From Acidobacteriota bacterium (lineage in GTDB: Bacteria; Acidobacteriota; UBA6911; RPQK01; JAJDTT01), in NCBI GenBank assembly GCA_965263035.1, contig OZ253580.1:5344001-5408000 (forward strand): DNA of 64,000 nt, in the 5' to 3' direction. Both the position numbers and the translations under genes were made by a program. Shown here piece by piece: positions 9,290 to 17,302 of the stretch (within the stretch, counting starts at the first letter, position 1; each line of letters opens with the position of its first letter). The notes beneath the pieces are model-generated. The model ran no database searches. It was not told where the DNA came from and saw only the letters and a list, made by a program, of their open reading frames with translations.

Positions 9290-9573
9290 GGCGTCCTGGG
9301 GATCTTTCCAGTAGGCAGCTGGTCCGGACCAGGAGACGGTTGTGGGCCGAGCAGAAGTCCCGGTGCGGGAAGTGCGCCCGTCTGACCCGGCTCCAGGATA
9401 TGGAACTGCATCATAGGAAGATGCTTCGAGACGGCGGCACCAATGATCCGGGCAACCTGATTTTGTGGTGCAAGCCGTGCCATACGGAAGAAACACGATT
9501 CCAGAACACCTCTGCCGAGATTCGTGACGAGGCTCGGCGGTGGCGTCAATTCCTAACAGGAGAAAGAGCATGA
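9286..9573 (+). CDS. HNH endonuclease (phage packaging-associated)
   Basis: CGKC...HH...GG..D.GNL..WCKPCH; ATGA overlaps at both ends. Confidence 0.9.
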   Translation: MRRPGDLSSRQLVRTRRRLWAEQKSRCGKCARLTRLQDMELHHRKMLRDGGTNDPGNLILWCKPCHTEETRFQNTSAEIRDEARRWRQFLTGERA

Positions 9574-10778
9574 CCACGAAACAGAAATTGGAGTTGAGGC
9601 GTTCGGAACTTCGCTCCCGGCTGGCGGAGATCGCCGGTTTGGACAAACTGACGGATGAGGTCCGCACCGAGTCGAAACAGCTCGAAAGCGAGTTTGCAGA
9701 CTTGGAGACGAAATACCGCGCCGCCTTGCTTTCCGAGCAGGAGAAGGAGACCCGTGCGGCTGTCGATGATCCCGGCGGCGAGCAGAAGGCGCTCAGGCGG
9801 TTGCTGGAACGTGCCAATGTCGGCACGAAACTGGTGTCCATCGTCGAGGGGCGGTCGGTCGCCGGTGCGGAGGCGGAGGTGGATCAACATTTCAAGATCG
9901 AGGGTGATGGGCTGGCCATCGACTACCTTCGGGAGACCCGAGCCGTAACTCCCGGTCCGGCGGATGTCGGAGCCGTGCAGCAGCCCATCATCGGCCAGAT
10001 CTTCCCGGATGGAGTGGCCAGCTTCCTGGGTGTCTCGATGCCCACGGTCGGAGTCGGAGAGCAGACCTACACCGTCCTGACCACCGGCGCGGACGTGCGG
10101 ACCCCGGCAGAGAATGCCGCCGCAGCCGAGACCACCGGCGCATTCACGGCCAGCGTCTTGGCTCCCAAACGGGCGCAGGCGTCATTTTTCTGGAGCATCG
10201 AGGACGAGGCGAGGCTGGCGGGGATGGAAGCGGCACTCCGGCAGAATCTCCGGATGGCGTTGTCCAGCAAGTTCGACAACCTGTTGCTGAACGACACCAC
10301 GGCTGGATTGCTGGAAGGTGGTCTCACTCAGGCCGGCGATCCCTCATCCCAAGCGGATTACGGCGCTTACAAGTCGTCGGTCGTCAATCAGGTTGACGGG
10401 AAATTTGCGTCCATGCCGGATCAGGTTCGGCTGGTACTTGGCGCCAAAACTTACCAGCACGCCGACGGCCAATATCGAGGGACGACCTCGAACTGGAGCT
10501 CGGACGATTCCGGCTTCGAGGCGATCCAGAGAAAGTCCGGCGGCGTCCGGGTGTCCGATCATGTACCGGACCCGGCGTCCAACATCCAGAAGGCCGTGGC
10601 CGCTCGCCGGATCAACGCCATGCACGCCGTCATGCCGCTCTGGAGAAGGTTAACCGTGATTCCGGATCGCGTGACCAAGGCCAGCGCCGGGCAGGTTCTG
10701 GTAACGGTGGTGGCACTTTGGGCGCTGAAGGTGCTGCGCGCGGATGGATTCCAGGCGCTGAAATTCAAGCTGGCTTGA
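9570..10778 (+). CDS. Phage major capsid protein (HK97 fold, N-terminal delta/scaffold domain)
   Basis: Coiled-coil N-terminus, AEN...T and L...LR.ALSSKFD.LLL backbone-helix pattern, about 400 aa, module context. Confidence 0.8.
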   Translation: MTTKQKLELRRSELRSRLAEIAGLDKLTDEVRTESKQLESEFADLETKYRAALLSEQEKETRAAVDDPGGEQKALRRLLERANVGTKLVSIVEGRSVAGAEAEVDQHFKIEGDGLAIDYLRETRAVTPGPADVGAVQQPIIGQIFPDGVASFLGVSMPTVGVGEQTYTVLTTGADVRTPAENAAAAETTGAFTASVLAPKRAQASFFWSIEDEARLAGMEAALRQNLRMALSSKFDNLLLNDTTAGLLEGGLTQAGDPSSQADYGAYKSSVVNQVDGKFASMPDQVRLVLGAKTYQHADGQYRGTTSNWSSDDSGFEAIQRKSGGVRVSDHVPDPASNIQKAVAARRINAMHAVMPLWRRLTVIPDRVTKASAGQVLVTVVALWALKVLRADGFQALKFKLA

Positions 10779-10781
10779 GCG

Positions 10782-11207
10782 ATGCCAATCACAATTCTGC
10801 GAGGTCCAGCGGGAGCGGGGAAGTCACAATATCTGGAGGAAAATCTCCAGCCTGGTGAAATCACTATCGACATTACCCCGCTCCACGTGGCCCTCAATCA
10901 CCCCGTTTTGCGGCGAGGACCGGACGGCAAGTATCCGATCCGTCAGCCGGACGATCTGAGCCTGAACCTGGCCCGGATCGCCAAGCGGTTCCTGGTGGGA
11001 CGGGCGGAGGCGCTGGGCGTGAGTGGGTACGTGACCACCTCCGATTCCAGCCCGGAGGAGATCGAGAAGATCCGGGGTTGGGGAGCGACAGGTCGGGTTG
11101 TGACCGTTGACCCTGGCGAGGCCGTCGTTCGGCGCAGGCTGGCGGACTCGACCGGCGAGGTGCCCGACGCTTGTGAAGACTCGATTGTCCGGTGGTACAG
11201 CGTATGA
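10782..11207 (+). CDS. Small P-loop NTPase/kinase-like (AAA_33-like)
   Basis: ITILRGPAGAGKS Walker A. Confidence 0.75.
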   Translation: MPITILRGPAGAGKSQYLEENLQPGEITIDITPLHVALNHPVLRRGPDGKYPIRQPDDLSLNLARIAKRFLVGRAEALGVSGYVTTSDSSPEEIEKIRGWGATGRVVTVDPGEAVVRRRLADSTGEVPDACEDSIVRWYSV

Positions 11208-11656
11208 GAATCGTTGCGCGCGTTGAAATCCGGGAGGCGAAGGGCGTCAAGCGGTTGGAGCTGACCCTGATTCAGGAGGGTCGGGCAGCCGCCGGTGGAC
11301 GCGCGGAAGTATTCGCCCCAGGGTCTCTTTCCTGGCCCGATGAGGGAGTAGCAATTCGCTCCGTCCACCTGGGTCCCGCCATAGGCAGAGCCCATCCAGC
11401 ACGAAGGCCCGATGGGCGAATCCAGATTTCCACCAAGGCCAACGCAGCCATGGTCAAGGCCGTCGAGGTGGAAGGCAAGCGGGGCGCCAGTGTCGAGTTT
11501 GTCCCCATTCGGCAAACCACGACGCAGGGGGGTGTGACGGAGGTTCGGCGGGCCTTCGTCGATGGTGTCGCACTGGTGGTCAATCCGGAGTACTCACAGG
11601 GCCGGGCCGAGATCCGAAGCCGTGAGAAGGGGAGGAGCATCTTGTGGCGACTCTGA
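11204..11656 (+). CDS. HK97-type prohead protease-like protein
   Basis: EVFAPGSL, conserved His (SVH), GASVEF serine motif and GVALVVNPEY. Confidence 0.7.
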   Translation: MRIVARVEIREAKGVKRLELTLIQEGRAAAGGRAEVFAPGSLSWPDEGVAIRSVHLGPAIGRAHPARRPDGRIQISTKANAAMVKAVEVEGKRGASVEFVPIRQTTTQGGVTEVRRAFVDGVALVVNPEYSQGRAEIRSREKGRSILWRL

Positions 11657-12030
11657 GCCCGTGGCCCACGGACAGCGGACCAGCTCTGGACGAGATCCGG
11701 CGGCATCTGTACGCCCACGAGCTGGCGGGGGTTGACGACTCCCCAGACATGGTTCTGGAACTTCTGGGAGCGGCGAGTGCGGCCCTGGTCGAGAAATACG
11801 CTCCTGCCGCTCCGGCGGTGATCAAGAATCTTTCAGTGATCAGATGCGTCCAGTATCTCGTCGCACGTTCGGGCGGCAATCCTAGCCAGACGATCGAGTC
11901 CCTGGGCGACTACTCCGGCACCCGCGAGTTCGCGCCCTCTATGATCTCCTGTCTCCGCCATTCCGGAGCAATGGCCGTATTGAGTCCCTTCAAGATCAGG
12001 CGAGCCCGGCCGTGTGAGGTTTCCGAATGA
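11644..12030 (+). CDS. Putative head-tail connector/adaptor (gp6-like)
   Basis: GGAGGAG RBS. Helical pattern LLGAASAALVEKY..P..IK...IR.V.YL, then ESLGDYS and LSPFK. Confidence 0.55.
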   Translation: MATLSPWPTDSGPALDEIRRHLYAHELAGVDDSPDMVLELLGAASAALVEKYAPAAPAVIKNLSVIRCVQYLVARSGGNPSQTIESLGDYSGTREFAPSMISCLRHSGAMAVLSPFKIRRARPCEVSE

Positions 12031-13103
12031 GGTGGCAAGGCCGGGAAATCAGCATCGGACGCCGTGAGACCCGATCCGTTGGGTACACGGACCGGCTCAC
12101 CCAGTTGCTTATCTCGCAATCCACAACCGTGACCGAAACCGATCCTTCCCGGACTGCCGCTCTGGAGATCTGCGCCGGGATCTGGGGCCGCGCCTTCGCA
12201 AGCGCGAAACCGGAACCAGAAGCGGCAGCTCAGGTGCTCACCCCGTCCGTCTTGAACATGGTGGGGCGCGAGTTGATCCGGAAAGGTGAGATCCTGTTCC
12301 GGATATCCGTGGCGGACGGGCGGCGTGTCCTGACTCCGGCGAGTGCCTGGGACGTGACCGGCGGTTCGGACCCCTCCTCTTGGCAATTCGTCGCCTCCTT
12401 CTCCGGACCCGATACCGAGAGTGAGGCTACGCTCGATTGGGCTGAGACCGCGTTGTTGACCTGGGCCGTGGAGCCCGGACAGCCATTTAAGGGCCTGGGA
12501 CCGCTTGAAGTGGCCGATCTGACCGGGAGCTTATGCGGGAGCTTGGAGAAGAGCCTGAGCGACGAGGCGGCGACGCCACACGGATTCCTGATGCCGGTCC
12601 CGCAGGCCGACGAGGTGGACGATGATGAGGTCGATCCGCTAGCCGAGATGCGGGCGGATTTGAAGCAGCTGAACGGCGGCCTGAGTTTGGTAGAAACTAC
12701 GTATGGCGGCCACGGCGAAGGCCGTGGTGCTGCCCCTCAAAAGGACTGGGTGCCGAGTCGGCTCGGGCCTGCTGTTCCAGATTCCTTATGCAAGCTCCGG
12801 GAGGACGTACACCGTTCGGTCCTGAGCGCCTGCGGGATCTCCCCGGCGATGGTCGGCGGGCGTTCGGACGGAACTGCAAGGAGAGAAGCCTACAGAACCT
12901 TTGCTCACCTGAGCTTGACCCCAGTGGGCCGGATGGTCTCGGCTGAACTGGCCGACAAGCTGGACATCCCGGACCTGAAATTCGACTGGTCGGCGTTGAT
13001 GGCTGGAGACATCACCGGCAAGGCGCGGGCGTTCGCCAGTCTGGTCAAATCCGGCATGGACGTAACGAAAGCCGCCAGCCTCTCGGGGCTGATGGTGGAA
13101 TGA
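12027..13103 (+). CDS. Phage portal protein
   Basis: ELIRKGE, FKGLGPL, V..ACGISPAMVG and L.P....ELADKL portal-like motifs. Confidence 0.8.
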   Translation: MRWQGREISIGRRETRSVGYTDRLTQLLISQSTTVTETDPSRTAALEICAGIWGRAFASAKPEPEAAAQVLTPSVLNMVGRELIRKGEILFRISVADGRRVLTPASAWDVTGGSDPSSWQFVASFSGPDTESEATLDWAETALLTWAVEPGQPFKGLGPLEVADLTGSLCGSLEKSLSDEAATPHGFLMPVPQADEVDDDEVDPLAEMRADLKQLNGGLSLVETTYGGHGEGRGAAPQKDWVPSRLGPAVPDSLCKLREDVHRSVLSACGISPAMVGGRSDGTARREAYRTFAHLSLTPVGRMVSAELADKLDIPDLKFDWSALMAGDITGKARAFASLVKSGMDVTKAASLSGLMVE

Positions 13104-13110
13104 CGATAAA

Positions 13111-13421
13111 CCCGCAGACCAGGACAGGACGCTGGCAGCGGGCCTCTCGGTGAAACCTTTGGTTTTGTTAGGCCGAGAGGGAAACAGCCGAGCCCATTCG
13201 GTTCGGCTGGACGGTTGCCGGTGTTCAATTCCGCCGGTTGCCGCAGTCGGGGTTATGAGTTCGCCCCGGCGTCTTTGGGGCCGGTTTCTTACAGGGTTCC
13301 CGGCCCCACCTTCCTCCACCCCACACGCAAGGGTCCCAGTAGGGTCGTTGGGCCATCGGCTGCACACCGAAGCTGGACCTCACCCTCCGTCCGCTACCGA
13401 TTGCTCGGCCCTGGATGGCCC
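13111..13421. other. Tandem stem-loop array between the convergent portal and integrase genes (terminators or candidate ncRNA)
   Basis: Six back-to-back hairpins at 13111-13308 plus longer-range pairings at 13341-13421. Confidence 0.5.
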
Positions 13422-13467
13422 CGGATCGTCTGGCCGCGCCTACCCATACCTACCATCCTCCACACGC

Positions 13468-14565
13468 TCAGGCGCTCTTGACGGAGCGGAGTTGTGGGCG
13501 CTTGTCCAGGTATTGCAGGATGCCGTCCCGCTCGGAGTCTTCGGTCCCGACGTAGTGGGCGCACATGGAGGCGGACTTCCACCTGAGTATTCTTTGCACG
13601 CGTTGCAGGGGCATCCCGGAGGCTGTCAACTCCATGGCGAGTCCCCGGCGCAGTCCGTGGAATCTGACCCGGCCCGGAGAGGGCAGCCCCGCCTTCTTGG
13701 CCCATTTCTTGATCTGTAGTTGGATCTGATTCGTCCGAAGTCCGTCCGGCTGGACCCCACCGTTGATCACCTTCCGGAACAGGGGACCGTCGTCGATCCC
13801 GGCCACGTCCATCCAGCGCTGAATCCGCTTGGCGGTGCGGGACCGGACGATCTGCACGGCTCCGACCCCGGCCTGGTCCGTTTTGCTGGATCTGATCGTG
13901 ATCCGGGCATGACCCTCCGGCCGGAAATCCACGTCCTGGACCTGGAGCGCGGCAATTTCGCCGACTCTCAGCCCACCATCAAAGGCGGCGTAGAACATGG
14001 CGGCGTCCCTGAGTCCCCATAGGCTGAAGGCAGCGTCACACGCGGACACCAGCTGCTCCAGTTGGGACTCCCGTAGTCCCGGTGCTTGTCCCCGTCCCCG
14101 TCCCCGTCCCTTGGCGGAAATCTTCTTCATCGCATTCTTGACGTGACGGCCCGTGGGAATCGGCTGATCCATGGCTATGGCCCGGAACCGTGCGGCGAGC
14201 ACCACGTTCTTGAGCGTCGGCGGGGATGCCTTGCGGCGCAGCTTCGCCAGCCGGTACTTACCGTTGGCCTTGCGATATCTCCGGTGGATCGTAATCTGGC
14301 CGTTGTGTCGGAGCAGGAGATACCGGGAAAGTGTCACGTCCGTGAGTTCCCGGCCCGTCTCCTCCAGCCACCTGTCCAGGTGCCGGAGAGCGCTTTGGTA
14401 CTGCTTGCGGGTGGAATCCGCGACGGACATCCAGGCCATCTCCATCCCAAAGTCGGGCGCGGATTCCTCCGGGATCTCGATCAGGTCCGGGTCGGGTTCG
14501 GGCGACTGGCTCTGTTTGGGCATCGCGAACACCACGTTTTGAAATTGCGAGTTGACTCCGAGCAC
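13468..14565 (-). CDS. int: Tyrosine recombinase/integrase, Cre-like
   Basis: AAGGAGG RBS. Catalytic GLRVGE, SKTDQ, HGLRRG, LRW (Trp as in Cre) and AHY. Lies ~100 bp from attR. Confidence 0.92.
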   Translation of the reverse strand: MLGVNSQFQNVVFAMPKQSQSPEPDPDLIEIPEESAPDFGMEMAWMSVADSTRKQYQSALRHLDRWLEETGRELTDVTLSRYLLLRHNGQITIHRRYRKANGKYRLAKLRRKASPPTLKNVVLAARFRAIAMDQPIPTGRHVKNAMKKISAKGRGRGRGQAPGLRESQLEQLVSACDAAFSLWGLRDAAMFYAAFDGGLRVGEIAALQVQDVDFRPEGHARITIRSSKTDQAGVGAVQIVRSRTAKRIQRWMDVAGIDDGPLFRKVINGGVQPDGLRTNQIQLQIKKWAKKAGLPSPGRVRFHGLRRGLAMELTASGMPLQRVQRILRWKSASMCAHYVGTEDSERDGILQYLDKRPQLRSVKSA

Positions 14566-14660
14566 GGCGTAACCTCCTTGGCTCTAGTGCCAACCCTCTA
14601 CCCTCCTCTTTCGCAAGTTGCGCGGCGATCGATAGATAAAAATGCTGTCGCCGGTAATCC

Positions 14661-14666
14661 TTGAAG
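14661..14666 (+). repeat. attR core (TTGAAG)
   Basis: Second copy of the core, from which the SSS frame resumes LKLYTLSEYLERRY. Confidence 0.85.
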
Positions 14667-16289
14667 CTCTACACCCTCTCCGAATATCTGGAGCGCCGCT
14701 ACGATCAGCGCAGCCGCGCCGCCTACGCCGTCATTCTGGTCATCACCATGGCCGTGGTCCAACTGGTTCCGGCGCTCTACATCGGCGCCCGTTCCAGTTG
14801 CGTGCTCATGGGCGGAGCCGCGCTCGAGGTGATCGGTTCGGAATCGATTCCCGGAGAGATAGTGGACGCGGAGCCGGGATCGGGCGATTCGTCGGAGGCG
14901 CCGGCCAAGTCGAAGCTGGGCGTGAACCGTTTTCACTACAGCATCTTCGTTCTGATCCTGGCCGCTATCGCCACCAGCTACACCATCTTCGGCGGACTCA
15001 AGGCGGTGATCTGGACGGACGTGATCCAGTCGGTCCTGCTTCTGCTGGGCGGCATCCTCCTGGCGACCCTCACCTTTGACCGGCTGGGAGGTTGGAGTGC
15101 CCTGATGGAACTGGATCGAGCGGGTTCCGGCAAGATGCGCCTCTATTTGCCCAGCGATCATCCCGATCTGCCCTGGACCGGTGTCCTGACCGGTCTGATG
15201 GCGCTGCATATCTTCTATTGGGGGACGAACCAGTTCATCGTCCAGCGTGCACTGAGTGCCCGGAGCGACTCGCAAGCGCGTCTGGGAATCGTAGCGGCCG
15301 GGTTCCTCAAATTGCTGATCCCGTTCTTCTCCATCGCCAGCGGAGTGGCGGCCTTCTATCTCTTCCAGTCCGAGCTGCCGAATCGTTCCGTGGCCCCCGA
15401 TACCGCTTTCACCGAGTTGATCGTTCTGGTGATCCGGCCCCTCGGATTCGGACTCATCGGCGTGATCTCGGCCGGCGCCGTGGGAGCCATCCTGTCCTCC
15501 ATCGATTCCATGATGAACTCGGCCGCCACCATCGTCAGCATGGACCTCTACCGCCGGTACCTCAATCCTCAGGCCAGCGACGCCCAGATGATCCGGGTGG
15601 GACGATGGTCCATCCTGGGGTTAGTCTCGCTCGCCAGCCTGTTCGCTCTTTTCGTCATCGATCCCAACTCGGAAAAGAATTTCTTCCTGCAGATCGTCGA
15701 CTATCAGAGCTACCTCACGCCCGGGCTCCTGGTGGTCTTCCTGCTGGGGCTGTTCTGGCGGCGGACGACACCCACCGCGGCTTTTGTCACCATCTTCCTT
15801 GGCGTTTTCTATTCCTGGGTCGTGGAGTGGATCTACCTCGCGCACTTGGCACACTTACCCGGGGTGGCGTCGTTGACAGGGGAGGTGCTCAACTTCTTTC
15901 ACCGGGTCCTCGTGGTCGTGGTGCTGTGCACGTTGACGGCCGTCTTGGTGAGCCGCTTGGGCAGCTGCCCCGAGGAAAAAGCGAAGCTGACGTGGTCCGG
16001 CGTGCTCAACGTTTCAACGGAGGCAGTCAGGAATCTGCTCCTGGGACTGGCGGTATGGTTTGGAGTCCTGGTGGCCCTGGCCGCGGCTGTGGCCGGAGGC
16101 CGTCTGGCACCGGAGTCCGCGGCCGTTCTTGCTTCGGTCCTGACCCTGGGAATGTTCTGGATGCTGCTGAGGCGCCGCGCCCGGAGCCGGGGGCCCGCGA
16201 GTTTCGTGTCCTGGGTCATTCGCGAAGACCGATTCTGGGCCGGATGCCTCTGTGCGGCCGTCGTCTTCTTTCTCTTCTATTTCTATTGA
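14661..16289 (+). pseudogene. Sodium:solute symporter, 3' part (intact frame)
   Basis: YTLSEYLERRY, YTIFGGLKAVIWTDVIQ, YWGTNQFIVQRAL, SSIDSMMNS. Continues the 4461-4769 fragment exactly. Confidence 0.9.
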
Positions 16290-16359
16290 TCCGGACTCCG
16301 GACGCTTGCGGGAGGACGGACCCCGGTATCTGTTCGCGCCGGGAAATCTCTCGCGCTTA

Positions 16360-16416
16360 GCAGTCCGCCGGGATGCAGGGACGGTCGAATGCCGTGGCGA
16401 CTTTTGCCATGGGCTG
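16360..16416 (-). repeat. Partial copy of the 160-bp MITE-like repeat
   Basis: Reverse complement CAGCCCATGGCAAAAGTCGCCACGGCATTCGACCGTCCCTGCATCCCGGCGGACTGC matches the start of the 48692 copy. Confidence 0.85.
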
Positions 16417-17250
16417 TTAGGCCGCCCCATTGGTCTGTTTCCGGACGGCTCGCCGGATCCCGGCCCGGAGCAGCGACGGAAACAGGAGTTTGAACAGCGG
16501 GAGGAATCCCATGGCTCTGGGGATGTAGAGGTTCCCCCCCGGTCCCGGAAGCGAGTTCACAATTCGGCGGGAGCACTCCCGGACGCTCACGCCTCGCTCA
16601 CGCCGGGACCGATGTGCAGAGGATCCCAAGGGTGACCCGTCTGCGGAAAGGGCGCTAGCTCGGATTCCGGTGTTCCGGATCCATCCCGGCATCACATTCA
16701 AAATCCGGACTTCTCCGTGCAACTCGGTCCGCAGCGTCTCCAGGAGACCGTCCAAGGCGTGCTTGCTGGCGGTGTACCCGCTGTGAAACGGCACGCCGAC
16801 GCGGCCTTGGACGGAGGAGATGGCCACGATCATTCCTTGGTGCTCTTTCAAAGGCGCGAGAGCGGGGTGGATGCAGTGGACGGCGCCCAGGTAGTTCACT
16901 TCCATGAGCGTCCTGAAGATGTCGGTGTTGCGAACCTGGTCGAAGAGCGTCCACATGCTCACGCCGGCGCTGAGGATGAGATAGTCCAGAGTTCCGAATT
17001 CCGCGGTCACCGCCGATACCGTTTCACGGCATTGCCGGGCGTCGGTCACGTCGGTGGGAACAACGAGGCAGTCGGCTCCGATTCGCCGGACGCCGGCGGC
17101 CGTGTCAGCGAGGGTCCGCTCCGAGCGGGAAGCCAATCCCAGGCTCAATCCCTGGGCGGCCAGATCAAGGGCCAGTCTTTTCCCCAGCCCTGAGGAAGCG
17201 CCGGTGATGAGGGCCGTCTTGCCCTGGAGTTTGGAGTTCCGGTTTGGCAT
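16417..17250 (-). CDS. SDR oxidoreductase, DHRS7B/PexRAP-like
   Basis: TGASSGLG, MEVNYLG and IVAISSVQG...PFHSGYTASKHA (YxxxK). Confidence 0.85.
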   Translation of the reverse strand: MPNRNSKLQGKTALITGASSGLGKRLALDLAAQGLSLGLASRSERTLADTAAGVRRIGADCLVVPTDVTDARQCRETVSAVTAEFGTLDYLILSAGVSMWTLFDQVRNTDIFRTLMEVNYLGAVHCIHPALAPLKEHQGMIVAISSVQGRVGVPFHSGYTASKHALDGLLETLRTELHGEVRILNVMPGWIRNTGIRASALSADGSPLGSSAHRSRRERGVSVRECSRRIVNSLPGPGGNLYIPRAMGFLPLFKLLFPSLLRAGIRRAVRKQTNGAA

Positions 17251-17302
17251 GGATCAGCTGGTGCCGTGTCTCGTCCTGGCGCCGTCGCGCGCTTGTCGTT
17301 AA

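Larger units (their letters stand above)
4764..14666. mobile_element. Integrated capsid-encoding, tail-less phage satellite or mini-prophage (9897-bp excisable unit)
   Basis: TTGAAG direct repeats at 4764-4769 and 14661-14666 exactly at the SSS gene break. Contains terminase, HNH, capsid, protease, portal and connector genes, with a tyrosine recombinase at the right end. Confidence 0.9.

Noticed and set aside
13217-13245. Second tRNA fragment (GTTCAATTCC T-loop-like)
   Set aside because: No matching D-arm, anticodon arm or proper T-stem. Treated as one hairpin of the array.
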